64,000 nucleotides of DNA from Gordonia sp. (in: high G+C Gram-positive bacteria) (GTDB lineage Bacteria; Actinomycetota; Actinomycetes; Mycobacteriales; Mycobacteriaceae). A program made the position numbers and the translations under genes. The notes beneath the pieces are model-generated. The model was not told the DNA's origin, searched no databases, and worked only from the letters and a program-made list of their open reading frames with translations. This document shows positions 38,232-47,360 of this stretch, in pieces. The stretch is from NCBI RefSeq assembly GCF_047600565.1, contig NZ_JASGKN010000001.1:221628-285627 (forward strand). Direction: 5' to 3'. How positions within the stretch are numbered: the stretch's first letter is position 1; every line of letters starts with the position of its first letter.

Positions 38232-39818
38232 GTGACGGATACCTCGCCTGACCAGCCACGCCCTGTTCTCGTCGTCGACTTCGGCGCGCAGTACGCCCAG
38301 CTCATCGCACGACGTGTCCGTGAGGCGCGAATCTACTCCGAGGTGATCGCGCACGACGCCCCGATCGAGGAGTACCGGGCCAAGAATCCGGCCGCTCTGG
38401 TGCTGTCGGGCGGACCCGCCTCGGTGTACGCCGACGGCGCCCCCACGATCGACCCGCAGCTGTTGGAGCTGGGCATTCCGGTGTTCGGCATCTGCTACGG
38501 CTTCCAGAAGATGACCGACCTGCTGGGCGGCACCGTCGCCAACACCGGTGGCCGCGAGTTCGGCCGGACCATGATGGACGTCGCCGGCGATGGCGGCGTC
38601 CTGCACCACGGACTCAGTCAGTCCCAGCCGGTGTGGATGAGCCACAACGACGCCGTGCAGGAACCCCCGCAGGGCTTCACCGTCACCGCCTCCACCCCGG
38701 GCGCTCCGGTCGCGGCGTTCGAGTGCGTCGAGAAGAAGATGGCCGGCGTCCAGTACCACCCGGAGGTGCTCCACACCCCGCACGGTCAGGAGATCCTGAC
38801 CCGTTTCCTCTACGAGGTGGCCGGCTTGAAGCCGACCTGGACGGCCGCGAACATCGCCGAGTCGCTGATCGCCGACGTCCGCGAGCAGGTCGGCGACGAC
38901 GGTCTCGCGATCTGCGGCCTGTCCGGCGGTGTCGACTCCGCGGTCGCCGCCGCGCTGGTGCAGCGTGCCATCGGCGATCGCCTCACCTGTGTCTTCGTCG
39001 ACCACGGTCTGTTGCGGGCCGGCGAGCGCGAGCAGGTGCAGACCGACTTCGTCGCCGCCACCGGTGCCCGTCTGGTGACCGTCGACGCCGAAGACACGTT
39101 CCTCTCCGACCTGGCCGGCGTCTCCGACCCGGAGGCCAAGCGCAAGATCATCGGCCGCGAGTTCATCCGCTCCTTCGAGGGCGCCGTGTCCGAGGTCCTG
39201 GGCGATCAGGCGGCCGCGGGCAAGAAGGTCGACTTCCTGGTGCAGGGCACGCTGTACCCGGACGTCGTCGAGTCCGGCGGCGGCAGCGGCACCGCCAACA
39301 TCAAGAGTCACCACAACGTCGGCGGCCTGCCCGAGGACCTCGAGTTCACGCTCGTCGAACCGTTGCGGCTGCTGTTCAAGGACGAGGTGCGTGCGGTCGG
39401 CCGTGAACTCGGGCTCCCCGAAGAGATCGTCAGCCGACAGCCGTTCCCCGGCCCTGGCCTGGCGATCCGCATCGTCGGCGAGGTCACCAAAGACCGCCTC
39501 GACCTGCTGCGCAAGGCCGATCTGATCGCCCGCGAAGAACTGTCGGCCGCCGGACTGGACGGCCAGATCTGGCAGTGCCCGGTGGTGCTGCTCGCCGACG
39601 TCCGCTCGGTGGGCGTGCAAGGCGACGGACGCACCTACGGTCACCCGATCGTGCTGCGCCCGGTCTCGTCCGAGGACGCCATGACCGCCGACTGGACTCG
39701 CGTGCCCTACGAGGTGCTCGAGACCATCTCCACCCGCATCACCAACGAGGTGGAAGACGTCAACCGCGTGGTCCTCGACGTCACCAGCAAGCCGCCGGGC
39801 ACCATCGAGTGGGAGTGA
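38232..39818 (+). CDS. guaA: GMP synthase (glutamine-hydrolysing)
   Basis: GATase motif GICYGFQ, PP-loop SGGVDSAV, and C-terminus KPPGTIEWE. Confidence 0.97.
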   Translation: MTDTSPDQPRPVLVVDFGAQYAQLIARRVREARIYSEVIAHDAPIEEYRAKNPAALVLSGGPASVYADGAPTIDPQLLELGIPVFGICYGFQKMTDLLGGTVANTGGREFGRTMMDVAGDGGVLHHGLSQSQPVWMSHNDAVQEPPQGFTVTASTPGAPVAAFECVEKKMAGVQYHPEVLHTPHGQEILTRFLYEVAGLKPTWTAANIAESLIADVREQVGDDGLAICGLSGGVDSAVAAALVQRAIGDRLTCVFVDHGLLRAGEREQVQTDFVAATGARLVTVDAEDTFLSDLAGVSDPEAKRKIIGREFIRSFEGAVSEVLGDQAAAGKKVDFLVQGTLYPDVVESGGGSGTANIKSHHNVGGLPEDLEFTLVEPLRLLFKDEVRAVGRELGLPEEIVSRQPFPGPGLAIRIVGEVTKDRLDLLRKADLIAREELSAAGLDGQIWQCPVVLLADVRSVGVQGDGRTYGHPIVLRPVSSEDAMTADWTRVPYEVLETISTRITNEVEDVNRVVLDVTSKPPGTIEWE

Positions 39819-39830
39819 CCCCCGCGCAGG

Positions 39831-40052
39831 TCAGCTGCGTCGCAGGCCGCTGATCACCAGAACCACACCGACCAGAACGCCGACGCCGATCAGGATCCAC
39901 GGCACCAGGTTCAGGTCGGGGAGGTTCACGCCGCCGGTCAGACCCCACGCGGAGACGAGCAGGGTCACGATGCCGGCGAGCGCCAGAAACGGGGATCGCC
40001 GGGTGGGCGCGGCATCGGGTTCCGGTGTGGTCTCGGTGCTGTTCGGGTTCAC
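39831..40052 (-). CDS. Small two-TM membrane protein coupled to the PspC-domain gene
   Basis: GTG 40052 overlaps the upstream stop (GTGA). Two hydrophobic segments: FLALAGIVTLLVSAW and WILIGVGVLVGVVLVI. Confidence 0.5.
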   Translation of the reverse strand: MNPNSTETTPEPDAAPTRRSPFLALAGIVTLLVSAWGLTGGVNLPDLNLVPWILIGVGVLVGVVLVISGLRRS

Positions 40053-41316
40053 TTCGTCATCTCCACATCTCCCAGGCCGTTGCGGGCCTGGATGGTCAGG
40101 ATCGGGCCGTCGCCGTCGCCGACGATGCCCTGCGGGCAGCTGATGTCGCCGACCCCGGTGCTGCACTCGGCGCGGACACGCACCTTCTCGGGCAGCCGGA
40201 CCGTCAGATCGCCGACGCCCTGCTGGACGCTGATGGTCCGGTCGTGGCCGATCGACGGCAGATCACTCAGGTCGAGGACCGACGAGCCGACCCCGAGCCG
40301 GTAGGAGCTGAGCAGATCGGATTCGCTGTGCGGCCGCCATTCGCGGTCGCCGATGCCGCCGCGGGCGACGGAGAAATCGTTCTGGTGCGCAAGGGTGGCC
40401 ACCACGGCGATCGCCGCGGTGAGCAGCGCCAGACCGACGAGTCCGTCGGCGTGCCCGCCGGAGGGGCGACGCTGCAGCGACGCGATCAGCATGCCGATAC
40501 CCAGGACGGCGAGCGCCAGGGACGCGATCCGGCCGACGGTGAACCATTCGATGCCGACCGCGTGACCGGCGGCACCGGCGGCGGCCGTCAGCACGGCCAG
40601 TCCGGGCACGATGTAGGTCAGCGCATTCTTGGGCTGCTTCTCGCTGGTGGTCGCCGATGTCGGCGGCTCCGGCAGATCCCAGGCGAAGGGTGCCGCGCCG
40701 AGTGGATCCCAGGACGGCGGGACCGGGCGCTGCGGGACCGAATGATCGGGTTCGGCGACCGTCGGGACGGTCTCCGCGGCCGGCTGCTCTGCACTGTTCT
40801 CGGCGTACTGGTCGGCGGGCACCGGTTCCTGGGGGCCGTAGACGGGTGCGGTCGTCGCCGCCATCGCGGCCCGCTGGTCGGCGGCCGTGCCTTCCGGCGC
40901 GGTCGGCGTGCGCTGGTACAGCAACCACCAGCCGACCAGCATCAGTACGAAGCCGGCGATGCCGCCGAACTCCACATCGACCCGCCCCGAACGGTGGACA
41001 CCACCACGACGGCGACCAGAATCCACAACACCAGCGGGGAGACGCCCCACGGATGCTTGCCGCGGTGCGCACGGCGCCGTTCCATCCGGAGCGGAGCGCC
41101 GCTGCCGGGCAGTGACGGCAGGGCGATGACGGCCAGGATGTACAGCAGGACGCCGCTGCCGCCGAAGATGGTCGCCACGATGAAGGCGACGCGGATCAGG
41201 GTCGGGTCGACGTCGTAGCGGGCACCGAAGCCCGAACAGACGCCGGCGACCTTGTGGCCGTCGCGGCGCCGGAGGGGACGCGTCGCCCAGAGATCGGACA
41301 GAGTCGAGCTGTTCAT
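40049..41316 (-). pseudogene. PspC-domain membrane protein, reading frame broken by an apparent 1-nt deletion
   Basis: The N-terminal PspC domain (KVAGVCSGFGARYDVDPTLIRVAFIV) is in one frame (41316 down to about 40990). The TM and C-terminal part (VDVEFGGIAGFVLMLVGWW ... GDVEMTK) continues in another frame down to 40049. The switch is at the C/G run 40981-40989. Confidence 0.7.
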
Positions 41317-41432
41317 GTCTTCGATCCTGGCCTTCTGGCGGCGCCGGGGGATCGGGAAGAACCCTGAGATGCTCCCTGAACTCCGTGCCGGGGAGGTTCC
41401 CGGGGGCGCCGGACGTGCCAGTATCGGAGGTG

Positions 41433-42674
41433 ATGAAACGCGCGATGCTCGACGACGGCACCCGTGCGCCCCGACTGGTGCGGCGCAACGGGGGACGTGT
41501 CATCGCCGGTGTCTGCGGTGGTGTGGCCGACGAACTCGGCGTCGACGTCTTCCGGGTCCGTGTCGTGTTCGTGGTGCTGGCCGCCCTCGGTGGCGCCGGC
41601 GTCCTCGCCTATGCGCTGCTGTGGTTCTTCTGTCCGCAGGGCGACGACGTCGCCCCGGTGCCGCCGGCACAGCGCCGCCAGGCGTGGGGTCTGGCCGCCA
41701 TCGGGATCGCGGCACTGGTCGCGAACGCCATGTTCGCCGCCAACGCCCCCGCCCAGCAGACTCTCGCCGTCATCTTCGTGCTCGGCGGCATGGCGCTCAT
41801 CTGGCGGGAAGCCGACGTCACCGGTGTCGCGTCGCACCGGTCGGTCACCACGTGGATGCGTGTCGGCCTGGGTGCGGCCCTGGTGGTCGGTGGCCTGGTG
41901 GTGATGGTGGTCGCCAGCGATTCGGTACTCGGCGGCTTCAGCTCGACCGTGCTGGCCGTGCTCGCCACGATCATCGGCGTGCTGCTGCTGACCGTGCCGC
42001 TCTGGATGCGGTTGCTGCGGGCCCTCGACGCCGAACGCGCGGCCCGCATCCGCACCGACGAACGCGAACAGATCGCCTCCCACCTGCACGATTCGGTGCT
42101 GCAGACGCTCGCCCTCATCCAGAAGCAGTCCGGCGACCCGGAGACGGTCGCCCGTCTGGCGCGGCGTCAGGAACGCGAACTCCGCGCCTGGCTGTTCGGC
42201 GACCCGGCACAGCGCCGCGAATCCTTCTCGGCCGCCGTCACGGCCCTGTCCGCCGAGGTGGAGGAGTCCTACGGCACCGAGATCGAGGCGGTGACCGTCG
42301 GCGACACCACGCCCGAGGAGATGCGCGACGAACAGTTCGCCACCGCGGCCACCGCCCTCATCGGTGCCACCCGGGAGGCGCTCGTCAACGCCGCCAAACA
42401 TTCCGGCGCCGGCAAGGTCGACGTCTACGCCGAAGTGCTCGACGACCGGGTGGAGGTGTTCGTGCGGGACCGCGGCACCGGGTTCGACGTCGACGCCGTC
42501 GACGAGGACCGGCAGGGTCTGGCCCTCTCCATCCGGGGACGGATGGAACGGGCGGGCGGCACCGCCGACATCACCTCGGCGCCCGGGCGCGGCACCAACG
42601 TGTCGCTGATGATCCCGCGGACCGCGATCGCCGACGCGGCTGTGACCGAATCCGATGTGAAGGAGGCGTCATGA
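41433..42674 (+). CDS. Sensor histidine kinase with an N-terminal PspC domain (LiaS/NarL-class HisKA_3)
   Basis: PspC motif VIAGVCGGVADELGVDVFRVRVVF, H-box REQIASHLHDSVLQTLALI, and ATPase NAAKHSGAG...DRGTGF. ATG 41433 follows GGAGG. Confidence 0.85.
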   Translation: MKRAMLDDGTRAPRLVRRNGGRVIAGVCGGVADELGVDVFRVRVVFVVLAALGGAGVLAYALLWFFCPQGDDVAPVPPAQRRQAWGLAAIGIAALVANAMFAANAPAQQTLAVIFVLGGMALIWREADVTGVASHRSVTTWMRVGLGAALVVGGLVVMVVASDSVLGGFSSTVLAVLATIIGVLLLTVPLWMRLLRALDAERAARIRTDEREQIASHLHDSVLQTLALIQKQSGDPETVARLARRQERELRAWLFGDPAQRRESFSAAVTALSAEVEESYGTEIEAVTVGDTTPEEMRDEQFATAATALIGATREALVNAAKHSGAGKVDVYAEVLDDRVEVFVRDRGTGFDVDAVDEDRQGLALSIRGRMERAGGTADITSAPGRGTNVSLMIPRTAIADAAVTESDVKEAS

Positions 42675-43327
42675 CGCTTCGGGTGTTCCTGGTCGACGAC
42701 CACGCGGTGTTCCGGTCCGGTGTCCGCGCCGAACTGGCCTCCTCCGACGGGATCGAGGTGATCGGCGACGCCGGCACCGTGCCGGAGGCGGTCGCCGGGA
42801 TCGTTCAGTCGACGCCCGACGTCGTACTGCTCGACGTGCACATGCCGGGTGGCGGAGGCGTCGCCGTGCTGCGCGGTGTGACCAATGCGCTCGGCTCGGA
42901 CGCGCCGGTCTTCCTGGCGCTGTCGGTGTCCGACGCGGCCGCCGACGTCATCGCCACCATTCGGGCCGGCGCGCGCGGATACGTCACCAAGACCATCGAC
43001 GGCGACGAGCTGGCGGACGCGGTACGGCGGGTGGCCGACGGCGACGCGGTGTTCAGTCCGCGGCTGGCCGGCTTCGTGCTCGACTCCTTCACCGGACGCT
43101 CGCCGGTGCCCGAACCGGCCCTCGATCCGGAACTGGATTCGCTGACCCGCCGCGAGATGGAGGTTCTCCGTCTGCTGGCCCGCGGCTACACCTACCGCGA
43201 GATCGCCGAGGAACTGTTCATCTCGGTCAAGACGGTGGAGACGCACGCCTCGAACGTGCTCCGCAAGACGCAGCAGTCGAACCGCAACGCGTTGACGCGG
43301 TGGGCGGTCAATCGTCAGCTCGGGTAG
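42671..43327 (+). CDS. NarL/LuxR-family response regulator
   Basis: The receiver domain starts MTLRVFLVDDH, with VLLDVHMPG. HTH: LTRREMEVLRLLARGYTYREIAEELFISVKTVETHASNVLRK. The ATG overlaps the kinase stop. Confidence 0.9.
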   Translation: MTLRVFLVDDHAVFRSGVRAELASSDGIEVIGDAGTVPEAVAGIVQSTPDVVLLDVHMPGGGGVAVLRGVTNALGSDAPVFLALSVSDAAADVIATIRAGARGYVTKTIDGDELADAVRRVADGDAVFSPRLAGFVLDSFTGRSPVPEPALDPELDSLTRREMEVLRLLARGYTYREIAEELFISVKTVETHASNVLRKTQQSNRNALTRWAVNRQLG

Positions 43328-43853
43328 TCCGCAGCGAGAAGGCCGCGGCGGCGCACAGGACGGCGAGGACGATCAGGAGGATCGCCTCGACCACCAGGAC
43401 CGGGGTCTCCAGGACGTCCCGCGCGATGTGGAAGTGCGGGTCGCGGATCAGGTCGCCGACGCCGCCGCGATCGAACATCGCACCGTGATACCAGGTCGGC
43501 GCGATCAGGATGCCGACCGGCACCGCGGTCGCGGCGAGTGAGGCCATCGCGGCTACCGACAAGGCGATCTGCGCATACGGCCGGGTCCGTTCGAGCAGCA
43601 GGGATCCGGCGGCGAGGAGGGCCACGATCCCGGCCCCGATCACATACCAGCCCAGCGGATTCGGGCCGCCGGTCAGTCCGTCGACCGACGACGTGTGGCC
43701 CAGGCCGTTCCAGCTGATCGGGAAGCCGATGCCGTTCATATTCATCCACGGCATACCGGTGACGGCCATCGCCAGGACGGCGACCACGGCGATCGCGATC
43801 GCGTACAGCTTCCGCGACTCGATCCGGCGGGAGAAGGGCTGTGCGGTCGTCAT
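43308..43853 (-). CDS. Hypothetical polytopic membrane protein
   Basis: 181 aa from MTTAQPF with five hydrophobic segments. The upstream part of the 249-aa track ORF covers the SOS promoter and is unlikely to be coding. Confidence 0.5.
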   Translation of the reverse strand: MTTAQPFSRRIESRKLYAIAIAVVAVLAMAVTGMPWMNMNGIGFPISWNGLGHTSSVDGLTGGPNPLGWYVIGAGIVALLAAGSLLLERTRPYAQIALSVAAMASLAATAVPVGILIAPTWYHGAMFDRGGVGDLIRDPHFHIARDVLETPVLVVEAILLIVLAVLCAAAAFSLRTTRADD

Positions 43854-43871
43854 GGGAACCGAATCTACCCG

Positions 43872-43916
43872 TTGACTCGCGGCCACCCGGAACGCTAGAA
43901 TCGAACAAAAGTTCGA
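43872..43916 (+). promoter_or_regulatory. SOS-regulated promoter of imuA'-imuB: -35/-10 plus a LexA (Cheo-type) box
   Basis: TTGACT (43872-43877), 18 nt, then TAGAAT (43896-43901), overlapping the perfect palindrome TCGAAC-aaaa-GTTCGA (43901-43916). Confidence 0.85.
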
Positions 43917-43962
43917 ACACGGCATCTTCCCTGCCGCCGGATCGTCAGGCGAGGGGAAGCGC

Positions 43963-44691
43963 ATGCCCGATCTCAGATCATCCACCACGGTGGAAGCCCT
44001 GCGGCGACAGCTGTCGCAGTTGCAGGGGACGCCGGCCGAGCGGCCGGCGTCGCGCACGGTGCTGCCGGTGCCCGGTCCACTCGCCGGTCTGCTGCCGCGC
44101 CGCGGTCTGCCGCCCGGTTCGGTGGTGGAGGTGGCGGGGGCATCGACGGTGGCGATGGCCGTGCTGGCACAGGTCAGCGCCGCCGGATCGACGGCGGCCC
44201 TGATCGGCCTGCCGCAGCTGAACCTGGCCGTCGCCGAAGACCTGGGTGCCGACCTGAACCGGATCGCGGTCGTGGAGCAGCCCGGTGTCGACGCCCTCGA
44301 CGTGGCCGCCGTACTGCTCGACGGGATCGATCTGGTGCTGGTGGCCGCGCAGCGGGTGACGCCGTCGCGGGCCCGGGTCCTCGCCGGTCGAGCCCGCCGG
44401 CAGTCGTCGGTGCTGCTGGCCGTCGGGGAGTCCGGATGCTGGCCGGGGGCGGCGATCCGGTTCGAGGGCCGGGTGGCGGGCTACCGGCATGTGCTGGGCA
44501 CCGGCCACCAGCCCAGCGGTTACGGACGGATCGGTGGTCTGGAACTGGAGGTGCGCGTGTCCGGGACGGGCCTCGCGCCGTCGACCGTGCGCTGCGAGCT
44601 GACGGAACCCGGTCTGGGTGAGCCCGGTCGTCCGGAACTGGTGGAGATCGACGTCGCGACCGGCCGGCCGCGGTTGGCGGTGGCGAACTGA
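43963..44691 (+). CDS. imuA': ImuA'-like SOS mutasome accessory protein (Rv3395c-like)
   Basis: 242-aa protein directly upstream of, and overlapping (TGATG), imuB, behind a LexA box. Contains RGLPPGSVVEVAG, a degenerate RecA-like loop. Confidence 0.75.
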   Translation: MPDLRSSTTVEALRRQLSQLQGTPAERPASRTVLPVPGPLAGLLPRRGLPPGSVVEVAGASTVAMAVLAQVSAAGSTAALIGLPQLNLAVAEDLGADLNRIAVVEQPGVDALDVAAVLLDGIDLVLVAAQRVTPSRARVLAGRARRQSSVLLAVGESGCWPGAAIRFEGRVAGYRHVLGTGHQPSGYGRIGGLELEVRVSGTGLAPSTVRCELTEPGLGEPGRPELVEIDVATGRPRLAVAN

Positions 44692-46277
44692 TGCAGCGGA
44701 TTCTCGTTCTCTGGTGCCCCGACTGGCCGGCGGTCGCGGCCGCACAGGCCCTCGGCGGCGATGGCACCGCACCGGTGGCGGTGCTGGCCTCCGGGGCGGT
44801 GGCGGCCTGCTCGCGTACCGCCCGGGAGGCGGGCGTGCGCCGCGGTATGCGCAAGCGGCAGGCGCAGTCGGCCTGCCCGGAACTGTGTGTCGTACCGGCC
44901 GATCAGCACCGGGACGGCCGGCTCTTCGAGCCGGTGGTCGCGGCGGTCACCGGTGTGGTCCCGATGACCGAGGTGCTGCGGCCCGGACTGCTGGCCGTGG
45001 CCGCCGACCGGGCGGTGCGCGCCTTCGGCGGGGAGGAGGAGCTGTCCGAGGCGGTGATCGCCGCCGCCGAAGCGGTGGGTGTCACCGCGCGGGCCGGAGT
45101 CGCCGACCAGCTGTTCACCGCGGTGCTCGCCGCCCGCAGTGGACGATGCGTTCCACCCGGTGGCGACGCCGGCTTTCTCCGGGACCGTCCGATCGCCGAT
45201 CTCGCGGTGGAACCGGCGCTGTCCGGGGCGGGTCGTGACGACCTGGTGAATGTGCTGTGGCGGCTGGGGATCCGCACCCTCGGCGCCTTCGCCGATCTCG
45301 ACCCCGTCGACGTCGCCTCCCGGTTCTCCGCCGATGCGGCCGCCGTGCACCGGCTGGCCTCCGCCCGTCCGGGCCGCCGGCCGAGCCGTGCACCGATCCC
45401 GGCGGAACTGGAGGTGGACCACGACTGCGACCCGCCGGTCGACCGCATCGATGCCGCCGCCTTCCTCGGTCGGCGGCTGGCCGACGAACTGCATCGTCGT
45501 CTCGCTTCGGCGGGGCTGGCCTGCACCCGACTGACCGTGCACGCGATCACCGAGCTCGGGCAGCGCCACTCCCGGACCTGGCGCTGCGCCGAACCCCTCA
45601 CCCCGGACGCCACCGCCGATCGGATCCGCTGGCAGCTCGAAGGCTGGCTCACCCGGGCCGCCGGCACCCAGGACGCGCCGGACTCGCCGCTGGTAGGGCT
45701 GATCCTGGAGCCGACGGAACTGGTGGATCCCGGCGCCCTGCAGCATGCGTTGACCGGCGCCGGTCTGCCGCCCGAATCGGGGATCGGGGGACTGGGCGAC
45801 CAGGCCCGCCGCGCCCTGGTGCGCGTCCAGGGGCTGTTGGGCGGGGACGCCGTCCGGGTTCCGGTGCGCAGTGGGGGTCGGGGGCCGGCCGAGCGGGTGT
45901 CGTCGGTGGTCTTCGGCGACGAGAAGGTTCCGGCGCGTCCGGTGGACGCCGCCTGGCCGGACCGCCTGGCCGGTCCGCTGCCGACACTGCTGTGCCGCGA
46001 CGCCGCCGAACTCTTCGACGCCCGCGGTGACGCTGTGGGCGTCACCCCGCGCGGCGGATTCACCGCCGAACCCGTCGACGTCGCCGTCGGCGGCCGCCGC
46101 AGCCGGATCCGGTGGTGGGCCGGGCCGTGGCCGTTCGGAATCGATGCCCCCGCGAGGTCGGCGGATGCCCGGCCCGTCGCGGTCGCCGCCCGGGCGCAGG
46201 TGCTTCTCGACGACTCCCGCGCCCTGCTGCTCTGCTATCGCGGCGCGCACTGGACCGTCGAGGGCGTCTACGAATGA
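44691..46277 (+). CDS. imuB: ImuB, Y-family-polymerase-like mutasome adaptor
   Basis: The N-terminus MQRILVLWCPDWPAVAA is typical of ImuB/Rv3394c. 528 aa. Operon context with imuA' and a LexA box. Confidence 0.85.
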   Translation: MQRILVLWCPDWPAVAAAQALGGDGTAPVAVLASGAVAACSRTAREAGVRRGMRKRQAQSACPELCVVPADQHRDGRLFEPVVAAVTGVVPMTEVLRPGLLAVAADRAVRAFGGEEELSEAVIAAAEAVGVTARAGVADQLFTAVLAARSGRCVPPGGDAGFLRDRPIADLAVEPALSGAGRDDLVNVLWRLGIRTLGAFADLDPVDVASRFSADAAAVHRLASARPGRRPSRAPIPAELEVDHDCDPPVDRIDAAAFLGRRLADELHRRLASAGLACTRLTVHAITELGQRHSRTWRCAEPLTPDATADRIRWQLEGWLTRAAGTQDAPDSPLVGLILEPTELVDPGALQHALTGAGLPPESGIGGLGDQARRALVRVQGLLGGDAVRVPVRSGGRGPAERVSSVVFGDEKVPARPVDAAWPDRLAGPLPTLLCRDAAELFDARGDAVGVTPRGGFTAEPVDVAVGGRRSRIRWWAGPWPFGIDAPARSADARPVAVAARAQVLLDDSRALLLCYRGAHWTVEGVYE

Positions 46278-46280
46278 CGC

Positions 46281-47360
46281 TTAGCTGTTGGCGCCGCGGG
46301 CGATCAGCGGCCAGCGTTCGAAGCCGGTCGCGGTGGCGGCGACCAGTTCGTCCGCGAGATTCACCGCCGAACAGACGTGGTTCGGGATCACCCGGACCTG
46401 CTCACCCCGACCGGGCAGCCCGGCCGCACCGACGGGGTTCTCCACGACGGCATGATGTTCGGACAACGACACGATCCTGGCGTCCGGGAAATCGGGGAGC
46501 CGGCCGAACCCGGTGGTCCAGGCGGGACGGTCCGCACCCAGTGTCTTGCTCCCCGAATCCAGCACGATCCGCTCGCCGTCACCGTCGGCGGCCACACTGA
46601 CGACGGTGGCGATCGCCGCCAGCGAGACGTCGTCGACGCCGCACGAGCCGAGCTCCACCTGCTGGGCGTCGTTGAACGGGTAGACGCCGGGCCGGATCTC
46701 GGTGAGCACACCAGGGTCGGCGAACTCGACGGTCGGCGTCGAACCACCGCTGATCACATGCGGCACGATGCCGGCGTAGCGCAGCGCCTCGGCCGCCTCG
46801 GCCAACGCGTGCGCCTCCGCCCCGGCGGCGTCACGTCGCGCCGACCCGGGACCGTAGCCGTGACCGGGAAAGGTGAACACGCCCACCACGTTCAGGCCGG
46901 CGTCCGCCGCAGCAGACGCCACCGCACCCGCGCGTTCGGGTGCCACCCCGGACCTCCGCATACCCGAATCCACCTCCACCACCGTCTCGATCGCACCGGC
47001 GCCGCGGCCCAGTCCGGCGGCCAGCGCCCGGGCCGACTCGGCCGAGTCCACGCCCACCCGCAGGCTCGTGTGAGAGCTGAGGAGCCGCAGTCGCTGCGCC
47101 TTCTCCGGCGACGGCCACAGCGGGTAGGCGAGAAACAGATCGGTGAAACCGGCGTTGGCGAACGCCTCCGCCTCGCCGACCGTCGCCACCGTCAGCCCGA
47201 TCGCCCCCGCATCGATCTGCCGCTGCGCGACCTGCACGCACTTGTGCGTCTTGGCGTGCGGACGCAGCAGAAGCCCCTGCTCGGCCGCCCAATCGCTCAT
47301 CCTGTCGATGTTGTCGCGCAGGACATCGTCGTCGACGCGGAGATACGGGGTGTCGGTCAC
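46281..47360 (-). CDS. PLP-dependent enzyme with an alanine-racemase-type N-terminal barrel (D-threonine aldolase / D-serine dehydratase-like)
   Basis: LLRPHAKTHKCVQVA carries the PLP lysine; C-terminal motif IPNHVCSAVN. GTG 47360 overlaps the upstream stop (GTGA). Confidence 0.7.
   Translation of the reverse strand: MTDTPYLRVDDDVLRDNIDRMSDWAAEQGLLLRPHAKTHKCVQVAQRQIDAGAIGLTVATVGEAEAFANAGFTDLFLAYPLWPSPEKAQRLRLLSSHTSLRVGVDSAESARALAAGLGRGAGAIETVVEVDSGMRRSGVAPERAGAVASAAADAGLNVVGVFTFPGHGYGPGSARRDAAGAEAHALAEAAEALRYAGIVPHVISGGSTPTVEFADPGVLTEIRPGVYPFNDAQQVELGSCGVDDVSLAAIATVVSVAADGDGERIVLDSGSKTLGADRPAWTTGFGRLPDFPDARIVSLSEHHAVVENPVGAAGLPGRGEQVRVIPNHVCSAVNLADELVAATATGFERWPLIARGANS

Noticed and set aside
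41252-42670. First 473 codons of the 691-aa plus-strand ORF ending at 43327
   Set aside because: This region overlaps the histidine kinase gene in another frame and is Arg/Gly-rich. Only the response regulator from ATG 42671 is credible.
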